Shown: positions 16,844-25,948 of the stretch, piece after piece
Layout: every line of letters begins with the position of its first letter
How positions within the stretch are numbered: the stretch's first letter is position 1
From: a virus
Lineage: Duplodnaviria > Caudoviricetes
Direction: 5' to 3' (one strand)
IMG/VR virus record: IMGVR_UViG_3300031992_000031
Span: 32,001-96,000 of that record
Length of the DNA: 64,000 nt
Program-made: the position numbers and the translations under genes
Notes under the pieces: generated by a model
Seen by the model: the letters and a program-made list of their open reading frames with translations, nothing else
Told to the model about the DNA's origin: nothing
The model's database searches: none

Positions 16844-18346
16844 ATGAACGAATTACTGAAAAATCTGAAAAAAGAATCTAATTACCGTTATACTGAAAAT
16901 GGCGCTCTTACTCATAAGACCACCTTTAATAAGGTGCTTGATATGTTTGGTATGGGTGGCGCGATGCGTAATCGCTCTGAGGATGACATTATTACAATGT
17001 TTAAGGGCGCTTATGAAGAAGAGCCCACGTTGGCTCTTCGCTGTTTGTTCTACCTGCGGGACGTGCGTGGAGGTCAAGGAGAACGGCGCTTCTTCCGTAT
17101 CATCCTCCATTGGATGGGCAACTATATGACTGATGAGGTTGAACACCTTATTCCTATGATTAGTGAATATGGCCGCTGGGATGATCTCTTTGAACTCTTC
17201 GGCACTAAGTGTGAGCCTGCGATGCTTGGATATATTCACTATACCATCTCTAAGAACGAAGACCATCTTATTTATAAATGGCTTCCTTCTATCAACGCCT
17301 CCTCTCGCACTACTAAATCTCGTGGTCGCAAGATTGCCACCGAATTTAATATAACTGAACGCGAGTATCGTAAGATGTTGACTGAAGGCCGCAAGGCTTG
17401 TAATCTGGTCGAATCTCTGATGAGTCAGAATCATTGGGATCAGATTGCCTTTGATAAGTTGCCTTCCCGCGCGGGCCTTCTGTATAAGAGAGCATTTATG
17501 CGCCGTGAGGAAACTAAGGCACGGTATGCCGATTTTATGAGCAATGAAAAGACCAAGGTCAATGCTTCGGTACTTAACCCTGTAGAAATTGCTCATCAGA
17601 TCTTCAACTATAACAGTTGGAATCGTCCGAGCGATACCGAGCGCAGCGCTTGGCAGAAATACTGGGACAACTTGAAGGACTATTATAATGGCCGTGAAGA
17701 ACCCGGTATTGCTGTCGTAGATGTTAGTGGCAGTATGTATGGTCAGCCTATTGAAGCCGCAGTCTCCATGGGCGCATATATTGCCGAACGTGGTAAAGGC
17801 CCTTTCCAGAATCATTTCATTACGTTCAGCAGCAACCCTGAACTTGTAGAGTTTAGTGGTGTGGACGTGTATGATAAGTTTATGCGCGCGAGATCGGCTG
17901 AATGGGGCGGAAGCACTAATATCGAAGCCGTTTTCAATTTGCTTCTTGATACTGCTCGTCGGAATCATGTATCAAAAGAAGATATGCCCAAGACTCTTTA
18001 TATCTTCAGTGATATGGAGTTCAATGGATGTATCACTAGTGGGCCCGTATCTTACGATCGTTGGGCTTCTTCTGGCCGTCCTCTTAGTGAGTGTCAGATC
18101 AATACGGTCATTGAAGAACAGGCTCGTAAATGGCGGCAGTATGGTTATCAGATTCCTCGTGTGGTATTCTGGAATCTTGATGCTCGTCATGATAATATCC
18201 CTGCTATCGGAGATGGATTCTCCTATGTAAGTGGATTCTCCATGAACATGGTAGAATGTATTCTCTCTGGCAAAGATGGATATGACCTTTGTCTAGAAAA
18301 ACTGAATAGTGAACGCTATCAGCCAATCTCTAGTGCCCATAAATAA
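16844..18346 (+). CDS. DUF2828 / TROVE(Ro60)-like protein with vWA domain
   Basis: ENGA, RDVRGGQGER, GRWDDL, KWLPS, VVDVSGSM, FSDMEF, VFWNL. Confidence 0.8.
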   Translation: MNELLKNLKKESNYRYTENGALTHKTTFNKVLDMFGMGGAMRNRSEDDIITMFKGAYEEEPTLALRCLFYLRDVRGGQGERRFFRIILHWMGNYMTDEVEHLIPMISEYGRWDDLFELFGTKCEPAMLGYIHYTISKNEDHLIYKWLPSINASSRTTKSRGRKIATEFNITEREYRKMLTEGRKACNLVESLMSQNHWDQIAFDKLPSRAGLLYKRAFMRREETKARYADFMSNEKTKVNASVLNPVEIAHQIFNYNSWNRPSDTERSAWQKYWDNLKDYYNGREEPGIAVVDVSGSMYGQPIEAAVSMGAYIAERGKGPFQNHFITFSSNPELVEFSGVDVYDKFMRARSAEWGGSTNIEAVFNLLLDTARRNHVSKEDMPKTLYIFSDMEFNGCITSGPVSYDRWASSGRPLSECQINTVIEEQARKWRQYGYQIPRVVFWNLDARHDNIPAIGDGFSYVSGFSMNMVECILSGKDGYDLCLEKLNSERYQPISSAHK

Positions 18347-18435
18347 TCTATCATCTCCTATAATGAAAAAGTCAAGTTTAAATACTTGACTTTTTTCATT
18401 TTTTCTGTTATAATTATAGTATAAGGAGTGATAGT

Positions 18436-19239
18436 ATGACAAATACTTATGGTTATAATAGAAAATCTCGTGAAGAAGATGAGGCGATCTTTAAGGCAGT
18501 AAAGCGTCATCATAATGCTGTCGCGGCAAAAGGTTATCTCGTTGTAATGACTAGTTTGGTAGGAAGCCAGAATTATGATCTTGATAATGATAATAGTGAT
18601 ATTGATACTTTTAGTTTTATTTATCCGCCTTTAAGCGATCTTTCCTTGGCGCGAGAACCATATGCGGGAATGTTTGAACTAAAAGATGGTCATTGTGAAA
18701 TAAAAGATATAAGGTTAGCATTTAATCTATTACGTAAAACCTCGCCAAACAGTGTAGAATATTTTACAAGTAAATATAAAATTTACAATCCAATATTTGA
18801 GCCTATTCTAAAAGAATATCTAGAAGATAATATTAGAATATGGAATATGATACATTGTAATTATAATCATATGCTGAGCGCGATAGCTGGTATGGCGCAT
18901 CAACTAACAAAACGTAATATGCCAGGAGGCAAACGTTTTAGTCATGCACTCAGATTAGATGATATGTACTATCACTTTATACATAGTCCAAATGCAAGTG
19001 CGGTTTTAGACTTGCGCGCGGGCGGTAATAGAGAGCTGGCTTTTATATCTAAGCACGATAAAGAAAATGAAAATGAATATGATAATCAATGTCAGCAGAT
19101 TGCGAATAAATTAGATAATTGTAAGGACAATTTTACTTTAAATGAAGAACAATTAAAAATACAACAATATGGGCTATCACTGATTGATAGCCTTCAGTGG
19201 AAATTATTTAAAAAATATTTGGAGGAAGTTAATAAATAA
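18436..19239 (+). CDS. Pol-beta-superfamily nucleotidyltransferase
   Basis: GSQNYDLDNDNSDID (hG[GS]x9-13DxD). Confidence 0.8.
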   Translation: MTNTYGYNRKSREEDEAIFKAVKRHHNAVAAKGYLVVMTSLVGSQNYDLDNDNSDIDTFSFIYPPLSDLSLAREPYAGMFELKDGHCEIKDIRLAFNLLRKTSPNSVEYFTSKYKIYNPIFEPILKEYLEDNIRIWNMIHCNYNHMLSAIAGMAHQLTKRNMPGGKRFSHALRLDDMYYHFIHSPNASAVLDLRAGGNRELAFISKHDKENENEYDNQCQQIANKLDNCKDNFTLNEEQLKIQQYGLSLIDSLQWKLFKKYLEEVNK

Positions 19240-19640
19240 TGGCACTAGATATTTATGCTGGAAAGCATGTACTGTATAAAAACGGTAATAGCGGATGGCT
19301 TGTTGGTACTCTTCAAGAAACAAAAGCCGCTGAAGTAAATGAGCAGGGAGTATGGCTACCCGTAGTACCAAAAGGCATGAGTGCTGAAGAAGAAATTCAT
19401 TGGGCAGAAATCAATAATATCTTTCTTGAAGCATTTCCTCTGGATGATTGGGTTAAAGATTATCCTAAATATTATATGACAAAGAAAGAGTATATTGCTT
19501 TTACAGAAAATGAAGATTTTGAGCGCGCGCGAGAAACCGCATATTTTACTGACGGAGAATATGTCTATTATCCAGTAAGTAAGTTTAGTAAAAGTTGGAT
19601 TGAAAAGCAACCATTTGAATATGTTGTAAGGAGCGATTAA
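19239..19640 (+). CDS. hypothetical protein
   Basis: Coupled ORF with GGAGG RBS. Confidence 0.65.
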   Translation: MALDIYAGKHVLYKNGNSGWLVGTLQETKAAEVNEQGVWLPVVPKGMSAEEEIHWAEINNIFLEAFPLDDWVKDYPKYYMTKKEYIAFTENEDFERARETAYFTDGEYVYYPVSKFSKSWIEKQPFEYVVRSD

Positions 19641-20498
19641 ATGATAAAATTATCTTTACCTGGCTTTTATGTACATTTTAAATTCGTTAAAATGTTTCTC
19701 GTATTTTATAATGAACATCCAGAATACTTTTATAAAGATAGAATAATTGATAGTTTTTATGATGCCGATCCTAATGTTTTATGGCGTGGAGGCAGGACTC
19801 CTCGTATAAATGAATATATATCTATGGATGAAATTCTAAATGAATTTAATCAATATCCTAATATTAAACTACGTCATACATTTACGAATTGTATGTTAAC
19901 AGAACAGTTAATAAATGATTATTTTTGTAATTCCTTTGTGGAAAACTTCATTCGTCCTCAAGACGAAGTTATTTTAAATAATCCATTATTAATTAAACAT
20001 TTTAAAACTAATTATCCTCAAATTCCAATTATTTATAGTACTACTTTAGGAATCACTGATATCTCGCGTATAAATGAAATAACTGAAAAAAATATTTATG
20101 TTCTCAATTATAATTATAATAATGATAATAAATATATTCAACAATTAAAAAATAAAAAGAATGTAGAAATTTTATGTGCTGAACCGTGCGTAATAAATTG
20201 CCCTTATCGTTATAAACACTATCAATTAATTAGTGAAGATGTATTATCTTTACGGCCAACTGAAGATTATAATTGTCCTTTTAATATGGAATCTAAACCA
20301 TTTATTGATATTATGAGTTTACCTCATGCAATTACTAATAATCGTTTAAAAGAATTAGAACAGCGTGGTTTTCAATATTTTAAAATATCCGGTAGAACTA
20401 ACCCAATCCCAAGATGGCTAGAAACTTTAGTATATTATTTAATATTACCAGAATATAAAGAGTATGTTCGTCAACTCTTATTAGATGACTGGTGGTGA
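19641..20498 (+). CDS. U32-peptidase-family-like Cys-containing protein
   Basis: CAEPCVINC..C cluster and FKISGR resembling U32 (L)KIEGR. Confidence 0.5.
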   Translation: MIKLSLPGFYVHFKFVKMFLVFYNEHPEYFYKDRIIDSFYDADPNVLWRGGRTPRINEYISMDEILNEFNQYPNIKLRHTFTNCMLTEQLINDYFCNSFVENFIRPQDEVILNNPLLIKHFKTNYPQIPIIYSTTLGITDISRINEITEKNIYVLNYNYNNDNKYIQQLKNKKNVEILCAEPCVINCPYRYKHYQLISEDVLSLRPTEDYNCPFNMESKPFIDIMSLPHAITNNRLKELEQRGFQYFKISGRTNPIPRWLETLVYYLILPEYKEYVRQLLLDDWW

Positions 20499-20585
20499 TT
20501 ATATCAACTACTTGATAAATGTCAAGTAGTTGATTTTTTTTTAAAATTCTGATATAATATAAGTGTAAAAGAGAGGAGGATAGAT

Positions 20586-21296
20586 ATGCCAGTAGCTAAA
20601 ACCTATGAAAAAATGGCACAGCAGGGAGAACCGTTTAAAGAAAATGGTCGTATGTATGTAAATGTTCTCGCGCCAAAAGGCATTAAGAAAGTACGTTGGT
20701 ATACAGAAGTAGAATATAAGCGTATGTATCCGGACGCCGTGGTTGAACATACTTCATCTACATTTAATGCTCGTCATGCCTTTGGTTTTGATGAAAAAGG
20801 CTATATCCTTCTTTATAAAGGAAGAAATGTAGAAGAATGGGCTGAGAATGATAGGACAAATATTTGGTTTAATCTTATATTTGGATATTATACTCCCAGT
20901 AAATTTGAATGTCCAAAATTAACTGATGGCATTGAGTCGGTTGTATTAAATTGGGACGATGTTGCTGCGAATGATATTAGTATTAAATCCGACGATGAGG
21001 TAAAGAAAATCGTCGCCGCGATGTTAAATGATGAAAATAGTAGTAATTTTCAAGGCAATGTAAATGATTGGCTTCAAAAATTGGTTGTCGTAAAAGATAA
21101 GAAAAGCAAAGAAAGTCATTTTGGAACCAAACATACATATACATTAGAAGATAATGAAGGTAATATGTATATGTGGGAAACCGGGGCAAAAGATTACTCT
21201 ATTGAGCAGGAAGTTTCCCTTAAAATGAAGGTTAAAGACCATAAGGAAATCAATAATACAAAAATAACTATAGTGTGGTATTGTAAGGAGTGTTAA
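20586..21296 (+). CDS. hypothetical protein with possible C-terminal OB fold
   Basis: ORF with GAGGAGG RBS. Confidence 0.65.
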   Translation: MPVAKTYEKMAQQGEPFKENGRMYVNVLAPKGIKKVRWYTEVEYKRMYPDAVVEHTSSTFNARHAFGFDEKGYILLYKGRNVEEWAENDRTNIWFNLIFGYYTPSKFECPKLTDGIESVVLNWDDVAANDISIKSDDEVKKIVAAMLNDENSSNFQGNVNDWLQKLVVVKDKKSKESHFGTKHTYTLEDNEGNMYMWETGAKDYSIEQEVSLKMKVKDHKEINNTKITIVWYCKEC

Positions 21297-21297
21297 T

Positions 21298-22336
21298 ATG
21301 AATTTAACGTGGGATAGACGGTACGATAAATGGGAGCAGCATATTAAAGATAGAGAGCGTTGTAATACATGTATGTATGACGCACCTGAAGGAGAACTAT
21401 GTTGTAAGCACCAGTGCGGTGAGTATAGTTTTTGTACAAATTGTAAAGCTAAATGTCGTGCTGGCAAAAAGTTATGTGAGAAGTGATACTAATGAAAATA
21501 TTAAATCAACGTTATTACGGTATGATTGCTAGATGTAATAATTGCGGCGCAATTCTAGGCTATGAGCCTAATGATGTAAATAGCGCACAGAATGTTAAAT
21601 GCCCGCAATGCGGTTTTACTTTATGGGTACCATTAAATTCTACTTATGATGGAGTTATTAAAGAAAGCGAGGAAAAAGAAAATGATCCTGTGGTTTGAGA
21701 ATAGTCTGGGCATTCGGCGGCAAATCGCCGATTGTGATACTTGGAATGATGTATCTTATTGTATTGAAAAATTTATTGAACAAGCTAATGAAAATAAGCC
21801 AGCTGGCGCCCCAAGATTTAAAAGCTATTATAAGCGTGTCTGGGAGGAAGATGGAATGACGACAATTGATGTTGGCTCTCATACTGAATTTTTTTACTGG
21901 GAGGGTAAGTATGCTGAAAACAGTTAATTTTAATGATGATGCTCATAAATATATTGCACAACTTGAAGCAAAAAATGAAAGACTTCAACGTGAGGTAAAT
22001 TCATTAGAAAATGCTTGCCGTATGCTAAATTATGAAAACGAACAGGCAAAAAAAGATAAACTGCTGGCAGATGCAATAAGAACTATTATAAAAGAATGGA
22101 AAATATAGTGAGGATTTGTGATAATGAGCAATGAATATAAAGATTGGATTTGGGATACTATTCAAGAAGTTGTTTTTGATCGTAATTTAATAGATAAAAT
22201 CACTAAGATTTATCCTATTCCAGATAAAGGCGAACCTTATTATATAGAAGGTTTAAAAAATCTTCAGCAAGTAAAATATTATGTATATTATCTACCAGAA
22301 GAAGGATGGCTCTGTGAGCGCCGGGAGTTAGATTAA
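21298..22336 (+). other. Cluster of 5 small hypothetical ORFs
   Basis: Tightly packed + strand ORFs, two Cys-rich. The ORF ending at 22108 has TAG immediately followed by TGA. Confidence 0.6.
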
Positions 22337-22427
22337 TACATATGTTAAAGTTGATAGTGTATAATTTTTTGACATTTGGTAAAAATTCTGATATAATATT
22401 AGTGTAAAGAGAAAGGAGTGAATTAAT

Positions 22428-23651
22428 ATGTTGAATGCTAATTCTGAGCGCGAACTCGCCTATGTTGTATTGATTGACGGTATTGAGCCTATTCCTGGCT
22501 ATGATCGTGTAGAGCACGCAATTGTTGGTGGTTGGCGTGTAATCGTTCAAAAAGGCCAGTTTAAGGTAGGCGACCCCGCTATTTACTTTGAAATTGATTC
22601 TCGTGTACCTTCTAAGGAGTGCTTTGCTTTTCTTGAAAAGCGGCATTATAAAGTTAAGACTTTGAAGATGTGTAAGACTTTGTCGCAGGGCTTGCTAATG
22701 CACGCTTCTGACTTTGGTTGGACTATTGGTAATGTTGAACCTGAAACTCCATATATTATGGATGATGAACGCATACCTCATTATGTAAATGATGAATCTC
22801 GCTTCCTCACCAAGAAACTTGGCGTAACCTATGTCGATGATGAAGATAATTCTCGTAAGGCTCCTTCAGTAGATAAATACAAGAAGATGGAGATGCGACA
22901 TCGCAAGCTGTTTAAGAATCCTGTAATTCATTGGTTTATGCGTTATAAGTTTGGTCGCAAAGTAATGTTTTTCTTCTTTGGTAAGAAGAAAGATAAGAAA
23001 AATGGTTGGCCTTCTTGGGTCCAAAAGACAGACGAAGAAAGAGTACAGAATATGCCTTGGATTCTTAATAGCACCGATAAGTGGATTGCTACTGAGAAAA
23101 TTGACGGCACTTCTACTACTTTCACCATGAAGCGTGGCAAATTCGGACGTAAGTCTTTCTATGTCTGCTCTCGTAATGTATGCTTCGGTGAAGAAGATAA
23201 ACCTTGCTACTACGATACGAATGTATATTGGGAAATGGCTAAGAAATACGATATTTACAACGTGCTTTCTGCTATGCTTGATGCTCATCCTCATGATGAA
23301 TGGATTACTCTTCAGGGTGAAACCTATGGTGCAGGTGTACAGCGGCGTGAATATTCTCTTGATGGTCATGATTTTGCGGCTTTTAACTTGATTTTCTCTT
23401 CTCGTGGACGTGTTGGAACTGTAGAAATGATTACTATTTTGAGTGAATATAATGTACCATGCGTACCTGTAGTAAAAGCAAATATGACCTTTACAGATAG
23501 ATTTGCAACTGTAGAAGATATGCTTCTCTGGGCTGAAGGCAATTCTCAAGTAGATGGACTTCCGCGTGAAGGAATTGTATTCCGTACTCTCGACGGACAG
23601 AAATCTTTCAAAGCAGTAAGTAATAGTTTCCTACTTAAATATCATGGGTGA
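22428..23651 (+). CDS. ATP-dependent RNA ligase, Rnl2/DRB0094 type with N-terminal OB-like domain
   Basis: Motif I TEKIDGTS, QGETYG, FAAFNL, REGIVF, FKAVS; N-terminal IEPIPGYDRVE..GGW.VIV.KG.F..GD..IYFEIDS. Confidence 0.87.
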   Translation: MLNANSERELAYVVLIDGIEPIPGYDRVEHAIVGGWRVIVQKGQFKVGDPAIYFEIDSRVPSKECFAFLEKRHYKVKTLKMCKTLSQGLLMHASDFGWTIGNVEPETPYIMDDERIPHYVNDESRFLTKKLGVTYVDDEDNSRKAPSVDKYKKMEMRHRKLFKNPVIHWFMRYKFGRKVMFFFFGKKKDKKNGWPSWVQKTDEERVQNMPWILNSTDKWIATEKIDGTSTTFTMKRGKFGRKSFYVCSRNVCFGEEDKPCYYDTNVYWEMAKKYDIYNVLSAMLDAHPHDEWITLQGETYGAGVQRREYSLDGHDFAAFNLIFSSRGRVGTVEMITILSEYNVPCVPVVKANMTFTDRFATVEDMLLWAEGNSQVDGLPREGIVFRTLDGQKSFKAVSNSFLLKYHG

Positions 23652-23914
23652 GAATATGACAAGAATACCTAAACAAGAAGTTCTTAATGGCTTACGCATC
23701 GAACGCGAATGCGTAAGCCGCGATTGTGATAGAGATTGTGCCAATTGTGATATTGTACAAGAACGCGATTGGCTTCTATTAGTATATGACAATGCTATTA
23801 GAATGTTGGAGGAATTATGTTTGGACTAACTCTTAATGAGTTTAAAATCGTTGCAAGTATTATTTTGATTATTATCTATACCACTGCGGTGATTATTAAA
23901 TGGAGGAATAAATA

Positions 23915-24247
23915 ATGAAAAAGAATTGGAAACTTATTATACTAATTGTTATGTTACTTACTACGGTAATTCTTCTATCGAGCTGTACAGAACATAAAAC
24001 CGGTAATCGTATTACTGGCGGAAAAGATGTTCAAACATTTACTTATGCCTATGTTGTACTCGATGGACAAGAAATTGTCAAAGGTGCCATTACGCAATGG
24101 CGCGATTATGATGATAGCGATGTCGTACAGGTGCTTATAAATGGTAAGTATTATTTGACGCACTATTCAAATGTTGTAATGATTGCTGACCCAGAACAAG
24201 GTGCACTTAATTATGGTGACGTAAGTTGGCAAGGAGTGAAAGAATAA
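23915..24247 (+). CDS. Lipoprotein
   Basis: Signal peptide with lipobox LSSC. Confidence 0.7.
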   Translation: MKKNWKLIILIVMLLTTVILLSSCTEHKTGNRITGGKDVQTFTYAYVVLDGQEIVKGAITQWRDYDDSDVVQVLINGKYYLTHYSNVVMIADPEQGALNYGDVSWQGVKE

Positions 24248-24660
24248 TGAGACTCTGGCATACATCCCTAATTTCTGCTTTACCGCGCGAGCAACTTGTG
24301 GCGCAATGGAGAGAATTAAGTGCCATAGCAGGGAAAATTCAGCTTAATGGAACTCCTAATCACGTACTAGTTAATTTTGTTACTGATTATGACTTTGACC
24401 ACTTTATTTCCTATGCCTATTATATCAGACAGGAAATGACCGCGCGAAAATATCGAACAATGAATAGCGTTTGGGAAAAAATTGTTTCGCTTAAACCAGA
24501 TTGGACTCTTTTACCGCTAGAAGAAGTATATAAAAATAAAATGAATGACTTCTATCTAACAGTATGTTATTACAATCTATATGAAAAATATGATTGCGGT
24601 ATGTTTGACAACTTTGATGAAATTGAATCTATATATAGAAAGGTGATTTATAATGAGTAA
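24247..24660 (+). CDS. Pyrimidine-dimer DNA glycosylase/DenV-like protein
   Basis: MRLWH..LI..LPREQLVAQWRE. Confidence 0.7.
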   Translation: MRLWHTSLISALPREQLVAQWRELSAIAGKIQLNGTPNHVLVNFVTDYDFDHFISYAYYIRQEMTARKYRTMNSVWEKIVSLKPDWTLLPLEEVYKNKMNDFYLTVCYYNLYEKYDCGMFDNFDEIESIYRKVIYNE

Positions 24661-25013
24661 TGAGGCACGGCGGTTGCGGTATCTATACCGTATCAATCTA
24701 ATGGAACAGCGGGATGCTGAGGGCAATAAGCATTTGATTGCTAAGCTAAAACGCAGACTGCGTAAACTTGAGGCCGAATGAACGGCCTTTTTTATTTGAC
24801 TTTTTTATTAAATTATATTATAATTTTTATGAGGTGAGAAAAAGATGAAGTATGAATATGATCCTAATGATGCTTTATGGGATGAAGCTTATGAATGGTC
24901 CTATCAACGCGCAAGAGAAGAAGGCGATGTAGATTTAGACTATGATGAGGATTTGATCGCCGCTTGGGCCGATGAATATTATGACTATTTAATACATAGA
25001 AAGGATGATTATA

Positions 25014-25877
25014 ATGCATGATATTTTTTATTTTACAGATGTACATGGGATGTATGATTTATATAAAGCGGCAATTGATTATTGCTTAGAACAAGACCCA
25101 GAATGTATGATTCTATACGGCGGTGATGCGTGCGACCGCGGGCCTGATGGATATAAAATTATGAAAGAACTACTGACACATCCGCAAGTAAATTATTTAA
25201 AGGGAAATCATGAAGATATGTTCGTTTGTGCTGCGCAAGCTATTCAAAAAGATTATAAAGGCTCATTTGATGAACAGCATATTTCTGATTATTTATATTA
25301 TAGCCAACTATCAGAGAGTGGAGAATATAGCATTAAAAATCATTTATACAATGGCGGATATCAACTATTACATGATTGGATGCTGGATGGTATGCCACAA
25401 GATTTTGTAGAGAAAATTAATAATTTACCTATTACATTTTCATATGGAAATATGGACTTTTGTCACGCAGGAGGAAGATATAAAGAATTTTTATCCGCCC
25501 AGAGCGCAGAGTATGAAAATGTTAGGGTGAGTGAAGATGACCAACTTATGCTCTTATGGGATAGAAATTATTTAAGTCAGGGTTGGCGCCAAAATCGTAT
25601 TTGTATATTTGGACATACGCCTGTAACTTATTTAGCCGCGAAATATTATGGAAAAGATAAGAGTTTAGCGGCTATGAAACCTTGTTCTTATATTGGACAA
25701 TTAGATGATAAATGGACTGGTAAAAAAATTGATATGGATACCGGCGCATTTGTAAGTGGAAAATTATATGTACTTAATTGTTTAACTTTAAAAGCGCAAG
25801 GAATTATTGATAAAGATATTAATAACGAGAAAGTGAATAAGCATACAATTGAAAAAATTGAAGTGATTCAACTCTAA
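25014..25877 (+). CDS. Ser/Thr phosphatase-like metallophosphoesterase
   Basis: TDVHG, GDACDRG, GNHE, GHTP, DTG. Confidence 0.85.
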   Translation: MHDIFYFTDVHGMYDLYKAAIDYCLEQDPECMILYGGDACDRGPDGYKIMKELLTHPQVNYLKGNHEDMFVCAAQAIQKDYKGSFDEQHISDYLYYSQLSESGEYSIKNHLYNGGYQLLHDWMLDGMPQDFVEKINNLPITFSYGNMDFCHAGGRYKEFLSAQSAEYENVRVSEDDQLMLLWDRNYLSQGWRQNRICIFGHTPVTYLAAKYYGKDKSLAAMKPCSYIGQLDDKWTGKKIDMDTGAFVSGKLYVLNCLTLKAQGIIDKDINNEKVNKHTIEKIEVIQL

Positions 25878-25948
25878 TAAAAATACATATCTTTAAGGAG
25901 AAAGCCACTCTTATTTGAGTGGTTTATTTATTATATGGAGGTGAAATC

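Noticed and set aside
16853-17968. Long minus-strand ORFs (also 22866-23549, 10400-11083, 6772-7056 and others)
   Set aside because: Antisense shadows of codon-biased plus-strand genes or tRNA clusters; no RBS or recognisable motifs.
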